64,000 bases of DNA from a virus (IMGVR_UViG_3300042261_002391:24469-88468), one strand, 5' to 3'. Shown: positions 39,176 to 50,321, counted from the stretch's first letter. A program made the numbers and translations. The notes: generated by a model not told the origin, from the letters alone.

Positions 39176-41449
39176 TTAAATCTTTTCTTCTTTTTCGCAC
39201 ATGTCGAAAGTGAAATCAACAGATTGTCCGTCAAGAGTGAGTGTTAATTTATTTTCGTCAAAACTCTTGAACTCGGTGAACCATTTTTTCGATAAGATAA
39301 GAGCAAATTTAATTTCAGCAATTTCTTGCATAATTTTTCTCTTTTGCTTATTCAAAATGTTCGATTTTGTTTCGAGATATGTTTTTAACACACCCTTTTG
39401 CTGTTCTTCAGATAATGTTTTGTAAATATCAGATTCGGTCTGTGCAACGTATTTATTAATCGCATCAGCCATAACCAATTCATTAATCTTCAAAGGAGCA
39501 CCGGATTTAATTTTAGCTACAACATCTTCGACTTTAGGAAGTGATGATAATCCTTTAATCTTCGTAGCAAGATTTACTGACATGTAGAAGTCGGTTGATT
39601 CAGCAGAAGTTACTTTTGGTGCGAAACCATTGAAATCTGTGATACCAATTTCTTTTAACCAATCAGCACATTCCTGACCAAGTAATTCGACGAACGATTG
39701 ACTTGTTTTTGGGTAAAGTGATTTCCGATAATAATCGTAAACCTTTTTATCACCTTGCAATTTAACGAGTTTCCATTCTAATTTGGCAAGTTCAACAGCA
39801 CTAATTGATTTAATCATACCTTTATTAACAATTGGTAATGATTTCAAATCAATTACAATAATGTTTGGTGCAGATGTTACATGAGATTCTTTAGTGTAAA
39901 ATGCCACAACCGAATACTTAACATTGTTTTTGTCCAAAATGTCAATCAATTCACTAGAATACGATACCGGGATTTTGTCAACATTTACAATACCGTCTTT
40001 TACCAAAGTGAACGTATTGTATTTGAATGTAGCTACCTTATCAATGCCGTACTTATTTTTAGGTAAAATTCCTTCACCTTCAATGTAAATACGAACACTC
40101 AAATTAGCACGTTCTTCGTTCCAAACTAAGTCAGTTAATGGATAACCTCTTTCAGGATTACTGTTAACAAATTTAATGTCAACTTTCTTTTCTTCTAATT
40201 CTTTCAAGATTGCTGATGCTTCATCAACACTTTTAGCTTCGGCAAGTCTTTGTTTATCGGCATCTGTTAAAGTACTACCAACAGCAACTTTTTTCCGTCC
40301 AATACGATTGTACTGGAAATCTTCATGATTAGGATAGAACAAACAACCTTCAAGGCTACCCAAATCACCGATAAGATTCATCAAGCAATAAGCATTGTCC
40401 GGAACTGGAACAATAGTTTCACGACTTCCGTTAGGGAAACGTTTAGAAACGTCGGTGATACAATCCTTAATTGCAGATTTGAATGAATTCAGTTTTTGTT
40501 TACCAAAAGCATTTGCAAGCATTTTGTAATAGTAATTATCACCCAATGCATAGAAGATTTTTTCGGCTTCATCATTCAATAATTTGTCAGCCAAAACATA
40601 GATACCCGCATACAATGAAGTATCAGTAAGTTGTTCAGAATCACCGACAGCATTTGGTGAGAAGAAGTATACTTCTTCAACATCAGCACCGACCATAATC
40701 TTACTGTCAACAATATTATACAACAATACGCTGCCGTTTGAAACGCTAAATGCAAAGTCATACAAATACTTGTCAGTAATCTCAACCAACGTTTTCTTTC
40801 CACTACGGAATGTTGATGAGATTTTTGCATTGAACACTGGTTCGAAATCATCAAACCCATCACAACTTACTTTCTCACCACCGAGAATCGATGCCATTTC
40901 AGTAATCCTGCGTGAATCAGCATAATAACCATATTCAACAAAAGTTGAAGCGGTAATGTCATTTTCAAGTGATTTTAATGCTTTAGTTACATCACCCCAA
41001 GGACAGTCATTGTTGTAACCATCAGTAAGGAAAATCATTGAAAATACGCTGTCTGGTCTGTTTTTCTTAATTCGTTGAACTAATTCACCAACCAATTCAA
41101 GTGGTTTTAAGAATGCTGTTAACCCAACAGGACGAAGCCATTTGTCGATTGCATCATTTAAATCACTAAGTGTTTTTAATGATTTTACTTCAACCTCTTC
41201 TTTCAAAATACCAGCATCCCTACTGCCCGAAAACCAAACAATAGAAATAGTATCGCCATCTTTCATGATGTTCGATAGTTTGTTCTTAAGCTGTGTTCTG
41301 ATGTGTTGAAGTTCGTAAGACATTGACCCTGATACGTCAACTACGAAGATGTGATTAGTTTTTTTTGGAAGTTCCACAACTACTTCATTATTTACTTTTT
41401 GCGAAACAAGGAAATAGTTTTCATCAATTTTTACATTTTGTTTTCTCAT
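39176..41449 (-). CDS. vWA domain protein
   Basis: MIDAS DVSGS, GLT, FLTDG; ECF promoter at 41504-41533. Confidence 0.85.
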   Translation of the reverse strand: MRKQNVKIDENYFLVSQKVNNEVVVELPKKTNHIFVVDVSGSMSYELQHIRTQLKNKLSNIMKDGDTISIVWFSGSRDAGILKEEVEVKSLKTLSDLNDAIDKWLRPVGLTAFLKPLELVGELVQRIKKNRPDSVFSMIFLTDGYNNDCPWGDVTKALKSLENDITASTFVEYGYYADSRRITEMASILGGEKVSCDGFDDFEPVFNAKISSTFRSGKKTLVEITDKYLYDFAFSVSNGSVLLYNIVDSKIMVGADVEEVYFFSPNAVGDSEQLTDTSLYAGIYVLADKLLNDEAEKIFYALGDNYYYKMLANAFGKQKLNSFKSAIKDCITDVSKRFPNGSRETIVPVPDNAYCLMNLIGDLGSLEGCLFYPNHEDFQYNRIGRKKVAVGSTLTDADKQRLAEAKSVDEASAILKELEEKKVDIKFVNSNPERGYPLTDLVWNEERANLSVRIYIEGEGILPKNKYGIDKVATFKYNTFTLVKDGIVNVDKIPVSYSSELIDILDKNNVKYSVVAFYTKESHVTSAPNIIVIDLKSLPIVNKGMIKSISAVELAKLEWKLVKLQGDKKVYDYYRKSLYPKTSQSFVELLGQECADWLKEIGITDFNGFAPKVTSAESTDFYMSVNLATKIKGLSSLPKVEDVVAKIKSGAPLKINELVMADAINKYVAQTESDIYKTLSEEQQKGVLKTYLETKSNILNKQKRKIMQEIAEIKFALILSKKWFTEFKSFDENKLTLTLDGQSVDFTFDMCEKEEKI

Positions 41450-41675
41450 ACAATGAAATTTTATTACAGTTATTTATTATTTTCAGTTTTTATTATTTAC
41501 AGTCTTATACGTTACAGTTTTTAAAATGTTACATATTTGCATCAAAAACTTACTTTATTAAGACACAAATATAATACAATATAATTAAATTACAATATAG
41601 TTTTTTACTAAATACTATAAAATAAATAAAAATCTCCTAAATTATATCAATTCAGGAGATTTTTATTTAAAATGT

Positions 41676-43265
41676 TTATATGAACTTATTCATTAATTTT
41701 CTCAATGAATCACTCATCGATAAATGATATTCATCAATCATTGCAACCATATTATTATCATCAAAATTATCTCTTGCCAATGCCATTCCAACAAATAATT
41801 TATTAACAACCCCAACAACGTCACCATTCCCAGACTTAGCATATTTAGCCAAAAACTCTTTCCAAAAAACATGTGACGAATTCCAATATATTACATGTTT
41901 ACCACTTTCTCTACCAAAACTACAAACCGGGTCACCTTCACCCATTTCTCTCGTTTCCCATCTAACAAATTCTCTACTACCATTTTGACTTGGGTGAACC
42001 TCTTTCCGATTTCTAGGACCTGTATTTTCATTGTGTTTTTCAGGTTTAGATTTTTCACCACCAACTTTATTATTTTTCCCCGCTAATTTTAATAATTTAG
42101 TATCGTTAATTTCTTTAAAACTACCATCCATAGTTTCGTTTACATTTTTATCGTCAATGTTAACATCTTTTTCAAGTCTTTTCAAAGTTAATGCAGATTT
42201 TGCATAAATCGAAACATATGATGATAGCTTATCCATGAACCCTTGGTCTATAGTAGTTTTATCTTTTTCTGTGATAACTTTTAAAAAGGATGAACCGAAA
42301 ATATAATCATCATTTCCATCAATAAACAACTCAAATCTAAATCCGTTTAAATAACCATCACCTTTTGTAAAAGTTCCCAAACACAAACCTTCACCAACTA
42401 ATCTGTAATTTCTATAAATATATATTCCATTATTAGCAGCATTTCTACCGATTGATTCCGAAAATTTACCGGATTGACTCTCTAAATAATATGCATTAAA
42501 TCTGTAGGTTTTATTTTTATATTCGAAAGTTTCATTAAATTCACTCATTAATTTTGACCAATTTTCATTTCTATACATTGGGTCAAATGGTTTTACCAGA
42601 CAACCATTAACGAAAATATTGACTTTATTTTCCTCAATGATATATTTATAATTTAAACCAAATTTTTTAATCAAAGTGTCTTTAAAATTAGTAACATTTG
42701 TTGTATTACTAGCTCTATCGATATTTGAAATTTCAACAATCGTACCTGTTTCGGAACTTGTTTTAGTTTTAAACTTTTCATATTCCTCATCAGAACCTTC
42801 ACCAATAGTAGCCGACCAAATATTGTTATCAATCATATAATCATAATCAAATACTGCAATAAGAAATGGTGAATTCAATTCTTTAGTCTTAATAACTAAT
42901 TTCCTACCGATAGATAAAAAGGCTGTCTTTAAACCAGTTCCATAACATCCAAGGTCAATACTTGAGTCCTTAGACCCAATTGAGCCTAATTTCAATGCTT
43001 CATGTAGAATATTAAAATCCATTCCACACCCATCATCAATAATAGTAATATTGCTTTCAGGTTTTAACTCTTTATCTGCTAATTTAAAATTAATATTAAC
43101 CCATACATTTTTTGAATTTACGTCGGTTTCTAATGAATTATCAACAATATCAGCAATTGCTGTATAATTATTATAACCTGAATTTCTCATAGTTGATAAA
43201 TAACCAACATTTGGCAGAATGCCCACATTCTGAATCGAGTCAGAATTTTTAAAATAATTTTCCAT
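41676..43265 (-). CDS. MORC-like GHKL ATPase
   Basis: AIADIVDNS, DDGCGM, GCYGTGLK, GTIVEI. Confidence 0.9.
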   Translation of the reverse strand: MENYFKNSDSIQNVGILPNVGYLSTMRNSGYNNYTAIADIVDNSLETDVNSKNVWVNINFKLADKELKPESNITIIDDGCGMDFNILHEALKLGSIGSKDSSIDLGCYGTGLKTAFLSIGRKLVIKTKELNSPFLIAVFDYDYMIDNNIWSATIGEGSDEEYEKFKTKTSSETGTIVEISNIDRASNTTNVTNFKDTLIKKFGLNYKYIIEENKVNIFVNGCLVKPFDPMYRNENWSKLMSEFNETFEYKNKTYRFNAYYLESQSGKFSESIGRNAANNGIYIYRNYRLVGEGLCLGTFTKGDGYLNGFRFELFIDGNDDYIFGSSFLKVITEKDKTTIDQGFMDKLSSYVSIYAKSALTLKRLEKDVNIDDKNVNETMDGSFKEINDTKLLKLAGKNNKVGGEKSKPEKHNENTGPRNRKEVHPSQNGSREFVRWETREMGEGDPVCSFGRESGKHVIYWNSSHVFWKEFLAKYAKSGNGDVVGVVNKLFVGMALARDNFDDNNMVAMIDEYHLSMSDSLRKLMNKFI

Positions 43266-43382
43266 TTCATTTGTTTTTTATTAATACGATATATTCATTT
43301 TTATATACCATATCTAATTATTATTTATTTGAATCAATTAATTACTAATTAATTCACGACAAACATATAAACTTAATTTCAT

Positions 43383-44429
43383 TTACACAAGTATTTTTAA
43401 AAATTCGTCATAATTTTCATCTAAAATTAAAACATACACATATCCACACGCCTCAACAGATTTTCTTTTTGCATTAATTTTATCCCATCCACCTTGTCGT
43501 TTTAACCAATATGCTGATTTAATTTCAATGATATTATTATTATACTTAAAATCAGGTAAATGCCATTTTCCATATTGACTATCTAAATATTTGAATGTTG
43601 GCGAATTATTAATATCATCAATAATACTAATATTCTCACAATATTCAAGGAAACGAAACTCATGTAATGATTGATAATATAATTTAGTGTTTTTATATTG
43701 TTTAATCATATGATTAGTAATTGGGTTCTCATTGTATTTACACATATTTTGTGATGCTAATTCTTTAAATTCATCAGTTTTTGAATAATGAGTCACACCA
43801 TAATTTTTTAATATCGAATCTTTTTGTTTTTCTTTAACATATGTTAACGATTGGGGATATTTAACACCATACTTATTTAAATTATTAGTGATTCTTTTAT
43901 TAACTAAAGCCTTAGACTGCATACAATACTCAACGTCATAATTATTTTTCAATGTGTTTTTTGATTTTTCCTTTACTTCTTCTAATTGAAAAACATTTTC
44001 TACTTGGTATTTGCTAATAACAGTATCTTTTACTTTCGATTGATTCCAATGTGATGGCTCTGCAATCTCAGAACATTTATGTGAACAGTATTTTCTAGGC
44101 TTTCCTCGATAAAATTCCACATCATTATCACAATTAGGATTCTGACATTTCGGGTGACTATGTTTTTCAACATAATTTAATTCTTGCCACTCATATTTAT
44201 TGTGTCCAATTGCATATTTTGAAAATTTGCCCCTATTAAAATTCGGTCGTTCATCACAATATCCGCATTGACATTTAGGCTCGATTTCATTTAAAACAGT
44301 TAGCACATAATAATCAGCAGTTGACATATTATGTACGTCACGTATATGATTAGTTAAATCACCGCCTAAATTGTTTTTAAATTCCTTTCCACAAATTTCA
44401 CATTTAATCATAAAAAAATCCTCCAGCAT
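43383..44429 (-). mobile_element. free-standing PD-(D/E)xK homing endonuclease next to nrdJ
   Basis: C2H2 finger, KYGV repeats, HLPDF...IEIKS. Confidence 0.75.
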
Positions 44430-44478
44430 TTAATATAAATAGTGGAGGATGATTGAAAAGTATATGATGTGGGAATTC

Positions 44479-47055
44479 TTACCCGCACCGTGAATTTCCG
44501 CACCCCATGCAAGTTAAACACCCCTCTTTATATTCAAGATGTTCACTGCCACAATTCGGACATTTTCCTTTTCCCTTTTCGCCATCTTTAATATATCGTT
44601 TTATCACACGTGCAACACCATTTTTCCAAGTATTGATATATTCTTCACTAAAATTCAAAGATTCAATCAATTCGTGTAAATATATTGTAGGCATTCCATG
44701 TCTCATAATACCCGAGATAAGTTTGGCGTAATTCCAGAATACAGGATTAAATGCGTGATTGACACCAGTATGTACTTGTTTAACGCCGTCAGCATCAATA
44801 TATTCAATGTCGTAACGTTTGATTTTTATTGGATTATTATTTTCATCAACAGCATCGATAATATTCTTCACCACTTCACATTCTTTAACATTTGGCGGTA
44901 ATTTACTTAAACCATTTTCAAGTTTTCCTGTGAATATTTCATAAGGTCTACCATCTTTCAATCCAACAACAGCAATCCATTTTTCAAGATTGTTTTGGAA
45001 ACGATGAATATCTGCTTTCAAACGTTTAGGACGCTTTGGCGCATGATTTTCATGGAAGTGTTCTTGATTATCTTTAACTTCTTTAGCAGGTTTTTCATCA
45101 GTACTAACCAACACACCGCTTCTACTACCATCACGATAAACAGTAAGACCTTTACATCCCACACGCCAACCAGTTTCATATACCTTAGCAACCATTTCTT
45201 CAGTAATCGTATTTGGAAGATTAACTGTTACTGAAATTGAATGGTCTACATGCTTTTGTAAACGACCCTGCATTTCAACTTTCTTAACCCAATCAACATC
45301 GTTTGATGTTGCTTTATAATATGGAGATTTTTTTACGATTTCATCAAGTTGTTCGCTGTTCATGCTCTTAACAACTTTAATATCGTATCCGTTGATTTCA
45401 AGCCATTTTTCGAACTTATGGTGAAATACTGGATATTGCATCCATGCAATACCTTCATCATCAACATAGTCAATACGCACATCTTTTTCCTGTGGATTGA
45501 TTTTCCTACGCCTCATATACAATGGCAAGAATACTGGTTCGATTCCTGATGTTGTTTGAGTCATTAAACTCAATGTTCCAGTTGGTGCGATAGTGAGCAA
45601 TGCAATATTTCTACGCCCATACTTAACCATATCATCATATAGTTTAGAGTCTGCTTCTTTAATTCTTAAAATAAAAGGATTATTAACCTCACGCTTAGAA
45701 TCGTAAACAGGGAAAGCACCACGTTCTTTAGCCATATTTACTGATGAACGATAAGCATTTAATTTTAATGTTTCATGAACTTTTTCGCTAAAATCGTTTG
45801 CTTCGTCAGTGCCATAACGTAAACCTAAAGCAGCCAACATATCACCTTCAGCAGTAATACCTAAACCAGTTCTACGACCATTAATAGTCATTTGTTTGAT
45901 TTCATTCCAAAGACTGATTTCGATTTGTTTAATAAATTCTTCTTCAGGGTCTGATTCAATTTTAGCTAATATTGCGTCAATTTTTTCAATTTCAAGGTCG
46001 ATAATATCGTCCATGTATCTTTGAGCAATCCGAGCGTCTAATTTAAATGCTTCCCAATCAAAATACGCCTGTGGTGTGAATGGATTACGGACATAACCGT
46101 ATAAATTAAGTGACAATAAACGACAGCTATCATTTGGACATAACGGAATTTCACCACAAGGATTAGTACTAACAGTTCTAAAACCCAAATCAGCGTAACA
46201 ATCAGGAATACTTTCACGAATAATAGCATCCCAAAATAAAATACCGGGTTCTGCTGATTTCCATGCATTGTGAATAATCTTTTTCCAAATTTTATTAGCA
46301 TCCGCATCTTTCACATATTTTGGCGCATTGCTATCAATTGGATATTTTTGATGAAATGGCGTATTATTCAATGCAGCTTCCATAAATTCATCAGTAATTT
46401 TTACTGAAATATTTGCACCAGTTACTTTACCTTGTTCGAGTTTTGCATCAATGAATTTTTCAGAATCAGGATGTTTAATTGATGTGCTTAGCATTAATGC
46501 GCCTCTACGACCATCTTGGGCAACTTCCTTAGTTGTATTTGAATAACGTTCCATGAAAGGAACAACACCTGTTGATGTAATTGCTGAGTTTTTTACCGGG
46601 CTTCCAGTTGGTCTGATAAACGACATATCAAGTCCAACACCGCCACGTCTTTTTTGTAGCTGAACAACTTCTTGGTCAAGTTTCAAAATACCGCCATAAC
46701 TATCACTATCTGTCTTGTTCCCAATAACGAAACAATTGGATAATGAAACAATTTGATTGTTATTGCCGATGCCTGACATTGGTGAACCACCCGGAACAAT
46801 TCTATTGAATCCTTTCAATGTTTCGTAAATATATTCTTCACTTAAACCATTGGGATACTTTGCTTCGATTCTCGCAAGTTCTTTAGCGATTCTTCGATGC
46901 ATATCATCGGGAGTTAGTTCATATAAATTCTTATCGTCCTTTAGACAATATTTTCTAATCCATACATCTGTAGCAAGCTCATCCCCTTTAAAATACTCTA
47001 AAGTAGCTTTTTCCACTTCGTGTTTAGGATAAATTTTTAGATTTTTTTCCGTCAT
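44479..47055 (-). CDS. nrdJ: adenosylcobalamin-dependent (class II) ribonucleotide reductase
   Basis: SLSNC, STNPCGEIPL, TIAPTGT, KGLTVYRDGSR, C-terminal Zn ribbon. Confidence 0.93.
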   Translation of the reverse strand: MTEKNLKIYPKHEVEKATLEYFKGDELATDVWIRKYCLKDDKNLYELTPDDMHRRIAKELARIEAKYPNGLSEEYIYETLKGFNRIVPGGSPMSGIGNNNQIVSLSNCFVIGNKTDSDSYGGILKLDQEVVQLQKRRGGVGLDMSFIRPTGSPVKNSAITSTGVVPFMERYSNTTKEVAQDGRRGALMLSTSIKHPDSEKFIDAKLEQGKVTGANISVKITDEFMEAALNNTPFHQKYPIDSNAPKYVKDADANKIWKKIIHNAWKSAEPGILFWDAIIRESIPDCYADLGFRTVSTNPCGEIPLCPNDSCRLLSLNLYGYVRNPFTPQAYFDWEAFKLDARIAQRYMDDIIDLEIEKIDAILAKIESDPEEEFIKQIEISLWNEIKQMTINGRRTGLGITAEGDMLAALGLRYGTDEANDFSEKVHETLKLNAYRSSVNMAKERGAFPVYDSKREVNNPFILRIKEADSKLYDDMVKYGRRNIALLTIAPTGTLSLMTQTTSGIEPVFLPLYMRRRKINPQEKDVRIDYVDDEGIAWMQYPVFHHKFEKWLEINGYDIKVVKSMNSEQLDEIVKKSPYYKATSNDVDWVKKVEMQGRLQKHVDHSISVTVNLPNTITEEMVAKVYETGWRVGCKGLTVYRDGSRSGVLVSTDEKPAKEVKDNQEHFHENHAPKRPKRLKADIHRFQNNLEKWIAVVGLKDGRPYEIFTGKLENGLSKLPPNVKECEVVKNIIDAVDENNNPIKIKRYDIEYIDADGVKQVHTGVNHAFNPVFWNYAKLISGIMRHGMPTIYLHELIESLNFSEEYINTWKNGVARVIKRYIKDGEKGKGKCPNCGSEHLEYKEGCLTCMGCGNSRCG

Positions 47056-47277
47056 ATTAAAAATATTTTTTATTAAAATTATTTTCGCAAATATATTCTA
47101 TTGCCTCAATAAATACAAGCATTTTAGAAAAAGTAAAGAATAATTTTAAGCTTTTTTTTAAGTATTTGTAGATTAGATTTTTAGCAATTTTTATTAAAAT
47201 GTTAAATAAAAATTACAAAAAAGGGTGCTATAAAATAGCACCCCAAAAAAACGGAAATAAATACAAAACAGAAAATA

Positions 47278-48042
47278 TTACTTATTAGTATCTGTAGTAA
47301 TCGACCCTGCAGTATTACTAACAACTGATGAACCATTTTGATTATCGGCATTAATAAGACCTTTAGATTTTAATTTAAAACTAGCATCCTTACTTGACAT
47401 GCTACGATAACTCACTGTTGCATCAGATAATGTTGCTGACATATTAAACACGCCATCACTAGTTGCAGTATAGGTATACGTATTTGATGTTGAAATTCCA
47501 AATCCACTACCAACCGAAAATGCATCTTGGTTTGCAGCGAGATAAATGAAATTCCAATTATCGTCTTCGCACTCTTTAATCATTTGTTTAATGGTATCCA
47601 ACTTATACTCCTTACTGGCATTTTCCTGACCATCGGTTACAATACAAACCAATACTTTCGATGGTTTCACGTAATCTAATTTAGCAAACGTTGCCCGGGT
47701 GCTATTAATTGTTTTACCAATTGCATCGTATAATGCAGTCATACCTCTAGGCTTCCAAACTTCTTTTGAAATTTTTTCAGCCTTTTTAATGTCGATATTG
47801 TCATAAACCAATTCATATTGGTCATCGAATAATACAACGCTGATTGTTGCCTCATCCGGCAATTTTTTCTGTTCATCCAGAAATGTACCGAATCCACCAA
47901 CACTATCGTCAATAATGTTGGACATAGACCCTGAACGGTCAAGAATACAGATTATGTGTGTTTTTTCATTTGTTGGCATTTCTACCTCTACTTTAACTCT
48001 AGCCATATTAATTATAATTAAACTTGAAATTATTTTTAGCAA
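47278..48042 (-). CDS. vWA domain protein
   Basis: ILDRSGSM, GMTALYDAIG, VTDGQENAS (start may be slightly downstream). Confidence 0.9.
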   Translation of the reverse strand: MLKIISSLIIINMARVKVEVEMPTNEKTHIICILDRSGSMSNIIDDSVGGFGTFLDEQKKLPDEATISVVLFDDQYELVYDNIDIKKAEKISKEVWKPRGMTALYDAIGKTINSTRATFAKLDYVKPSKVLVCIVTDGQENASKEYKLDTIKQMIKECEDDNWNFIYLAANQDAFSVGSGFGISTSNTYTYTATSDGVFNMSATLSDATVSYRSMSSKDASFKLKSKGLINADNQNGSSVVSNTAGSITTDTNK

Positions 48043-48108
48043 ATATAATATATTAAAATGGAAAATGCAAGTTATTTTTATTTAGACTAAATAAAAAATA
48101 ATGAAATA

Positions 48109-48780
48109 TTAAATAAAATCAGTACCATCAAATTCTTTTTTTAATTTATGGCATCTTTTGTAATTACCGCCTTTAGGTGCTAAACCTACGAATATTAGTG
48201 ATTGTCTAAAATTAAAATTATTTCTAATTAATGCTTCTAATAAGGTATCATCACTAATTTTTTTCTTGTTAGTTGTTTTATTTCTACCTCTCCATGTAGG
48301 TGTTAAAGCATGACAATTAGGGCATAATGCCTCTAAATTTTCTCTACTATTGTTATGATGATTACCGTCGATATGTTCCAATTCCAATGGAAGTGGAACA
48401 TCTAACCATTTACTTAATCCACACTTATTACATTTATTATTTTGTTCTAAAATAATTCTTTTTCTTAGTCTTTCATAACTTAATGTGGAAAATTCAGCAT
48501 TTAGTATTTTATCATTAAATAGTTTAGTCCTATTTTCTTTAATTTTTTTGATTTTATCAATGTCGATGATTTTAATGATATTGTTATCTTCCAATTTCTT
48601 AGATGGAAATACACCACCAACTTTCCTACCTTTTAATGACTTACTTACGGCAATATTAATATTGGTTCTATTTTCTTTTGTACTATATGCTCTAGCACAT
48701 GCTCTCGAACAAAAATCGCCGTTACTATATTTACTGTATTTTACGGCATCATTTACCTGACAATTTTTACATTTTTCCAT
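48109..48780 (-). mobile_element. HNH homing endonuclease (start moved to MEKCKNC)
   Basis: CNKCG...LEHIDGN...LCPNCH; ORF-track start overlaps tRNA-Lys. Confidence 0.9.
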
Positions 48781-48836
48781 AATTTGAACTAATTTTAATA
48801 TAAATACTATTAAAATTAAAATTAGTTCAAATTTAG

Positions 48837-48910
48837 TACTCCCGATGGGACTTGAACCCATAGTCTCGCACTTTAAAAGAGTGGGGTTTTACCAATTAAA
48901 CTACGGAAGT
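48837..48910 (-). tRNA. tRNA-Lys(TTT)
   Basis: Loop CTTTTAA. Confidence 0.9.
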
Positions 48911-48946
48911 ATCTTATTATAATAACTGTTATATTTTAACAGTTTG

Positions 48947-49028
48947 TAGGAATGGTAGGATTCGAACCTACTAGACCGAAGTACTTGATTTACAGTCAAG
49001 CCTAACCCTCCAACGTTAGCGCATTCCC
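48947..49028 (-). tRNA. tRNA-Tyr(GTA)
   Basis: CTTGA-CTGTAAA-TCAAG, variable arm, A73. Confidence 0.92.
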
Positions 49029-49038
49029 ATTTATATTG

Positions 49039-49130
49039 TGGAACATGTAGGATTCGAACCTACTTACTGCGACCAATACGACTATTTAGCGATGCAGGTT
49101 GGATTTACAGTCCAGTGCCGTTAATGTTCC
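49039..49130 (-). tRNA. tRNA-Tyr(GTA) with rearranged D-arm
   Basis: Perfect acceptor and T arms; only 8 nt between acceptor and anticodon stems; GTCGT-ATTGGT in the variable region. Confidence 0.8.
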
Positions 49131-49141
49131 AAATTTCCGTG

Positions 49142-49213
49142 TACTCCCGGTGGGAATCGAACCCACAACCCACTGATTAAGAGTCAGTTACTCTACCTTT
49201 AAGCTACAAGAGC
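49142..49213 (-). tRNA. tRNA-Lys(CTT)
   Basis: ACTGA-CTCTTAA-TCAGT. Confidence 0.93.
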
Positions 49214-49227
49214 AAATATATAAAAAC

Positions 49228-49255
49228 AAAAAACCCGAATCTTTCGAATCGGGTT
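49228..49255 (-). terminator. attenuator terminator of Lys/Tyr tRNA operon
   Basis: AACCCGATTC-GAAA-GATTCGGGTT + U tract. Confidence 0.9.
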
Positions 49256-49286
49256 CTTTTAATTTCTGGCTTTGCAAAATCATTGC

Positions 49287-49382
49287 TTATTTTTTGCGTC
49301 CTGCAGAACAAAACATTCCCGATTCCATAAGAGATTTCTTATAAGATTTATAACCGTAATATTTTTTTGCAGTAGCTTTCAT
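49287..49382 (-). CDS. attenuator leader peptide: MKATAKKYYGYKSYKKSLMESGMFCSAGRKK
   Basis: Translated by hand; 10 of residues 2-16 are K or Y. Confidence 0.88.
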   Translation of the reverse strand: MKATAKKYYGYKSYKKSLMESGMFCSAGRKK

Positions 49383-49417
49383 TTCTTTATTTTTTAATTG
49401 TTCAACTTTTAATAGTG

Positions 49418-49459
49418 CAAATATACGCATAAATACGAAATAAACAAGAAAAGGTTACA
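49418..49459 (-). promoter_or_regulatory. composite promoter (ECF + late-like + TTG-N19-TATATTTG)
   Basis: TGTAACCTTTTCTTGTTTATTTCGTATTTATGCGTATATTTG. Confidence 0.75.
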
Positions 49460-49511
49460 AAAAATAGCAACATTTTTCAAAGTTTTTTCTAAATTATTGA
49501 TTTTCAATATT

Positions 49512-50321
49512 TTATTCAACTAATCTAATTGTCCAATAGTCGGCAGATAACCCTGATTGTTCGACATATCCGTAAGGCAAATAGAAATATCCATTAATTC
49601 CCCATTTTTCACCCCAACTATTACGAACAATTAATGCTTGTTTATTATCGTCATAACCAACAGCAAGTACGGCATGTCCACCCATTGATTGTTCTCCGGG
49701 TTTAGGCATTGATGCAATTCCTGTACGAGCAACTTCATCACTCATAAACGATTCATATATTGTAAACCCAAATGCTACGGGATATCCATCAGATAAGCAA
49801 TGTTTTACTTCATATAACGTATGTGGACTAATTCTTAAATATTCCAGTACTTGATTATCTAACGCAACACGATAACAATCATTATTCGGTTTTGTTTTAA
49901 ATTTCCAAATATCATATTTCCACATTGATTCTGAACAAACACCGTCTTTGACCATTGTTTTAATACCATCACGAATCATCGCACCAGCATCTTCATTAAT
50001 AGTTCCCTCCAATGCTCTTTCATTATAATAAATGAACAATCTTGAAGGAATAAAATCTTGTTTCTTTTGTTTAATTTGTTCAAATTGAAATGCAGCACCT
50101 AAAGCATTTGCAGTACAACTACCTAATTCGCCTTGATTATAGACTGGTGGACAATATTGTCTTAAATCTACTATTGATGGTAGTTCATGAGGAGCAGTAA
50201 TTTTAAATTTACGGTCACGTGGGTCTACATTATCTTTTACCCAACCAAATTTAAATGTTTGTTTTTCGGGTTTACCGAAAATTTTCTTGAAGAATTTTTT
50301 AATTAATGTTAATAGTTTCAT
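49512..50321 (-). CDS. papain-family (C1A) cysteine peptidase
   Basis: QGELGSCTANA, GGHAVLAVGY, RNSWG. Confidence 0.95.
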   Translation of the reverse strand: MKLLTLIKKFFKKIFGKPEKQTFKFGWVKDNVDPRDRKFKITAPHELPSIVDLRQYCPPVYNQGELGSCTANALGAAFQFEQIKQKKQDFIPSRLFIYYNERALEGTINEDAGAMIRDGIKTMVKDGVCSESMWKYDIWKFKTKPNNDCYRVALDNQVLEYLRISPHTLYEVKHCLSDGYPVAFGFTIYESFMSDEVARTGIASMPKPGEQSMGGHAVLAVGYDDNKQALIVRNSWGEKWGINGYFYLPYGYVEQSGLSADYWTIRLVE

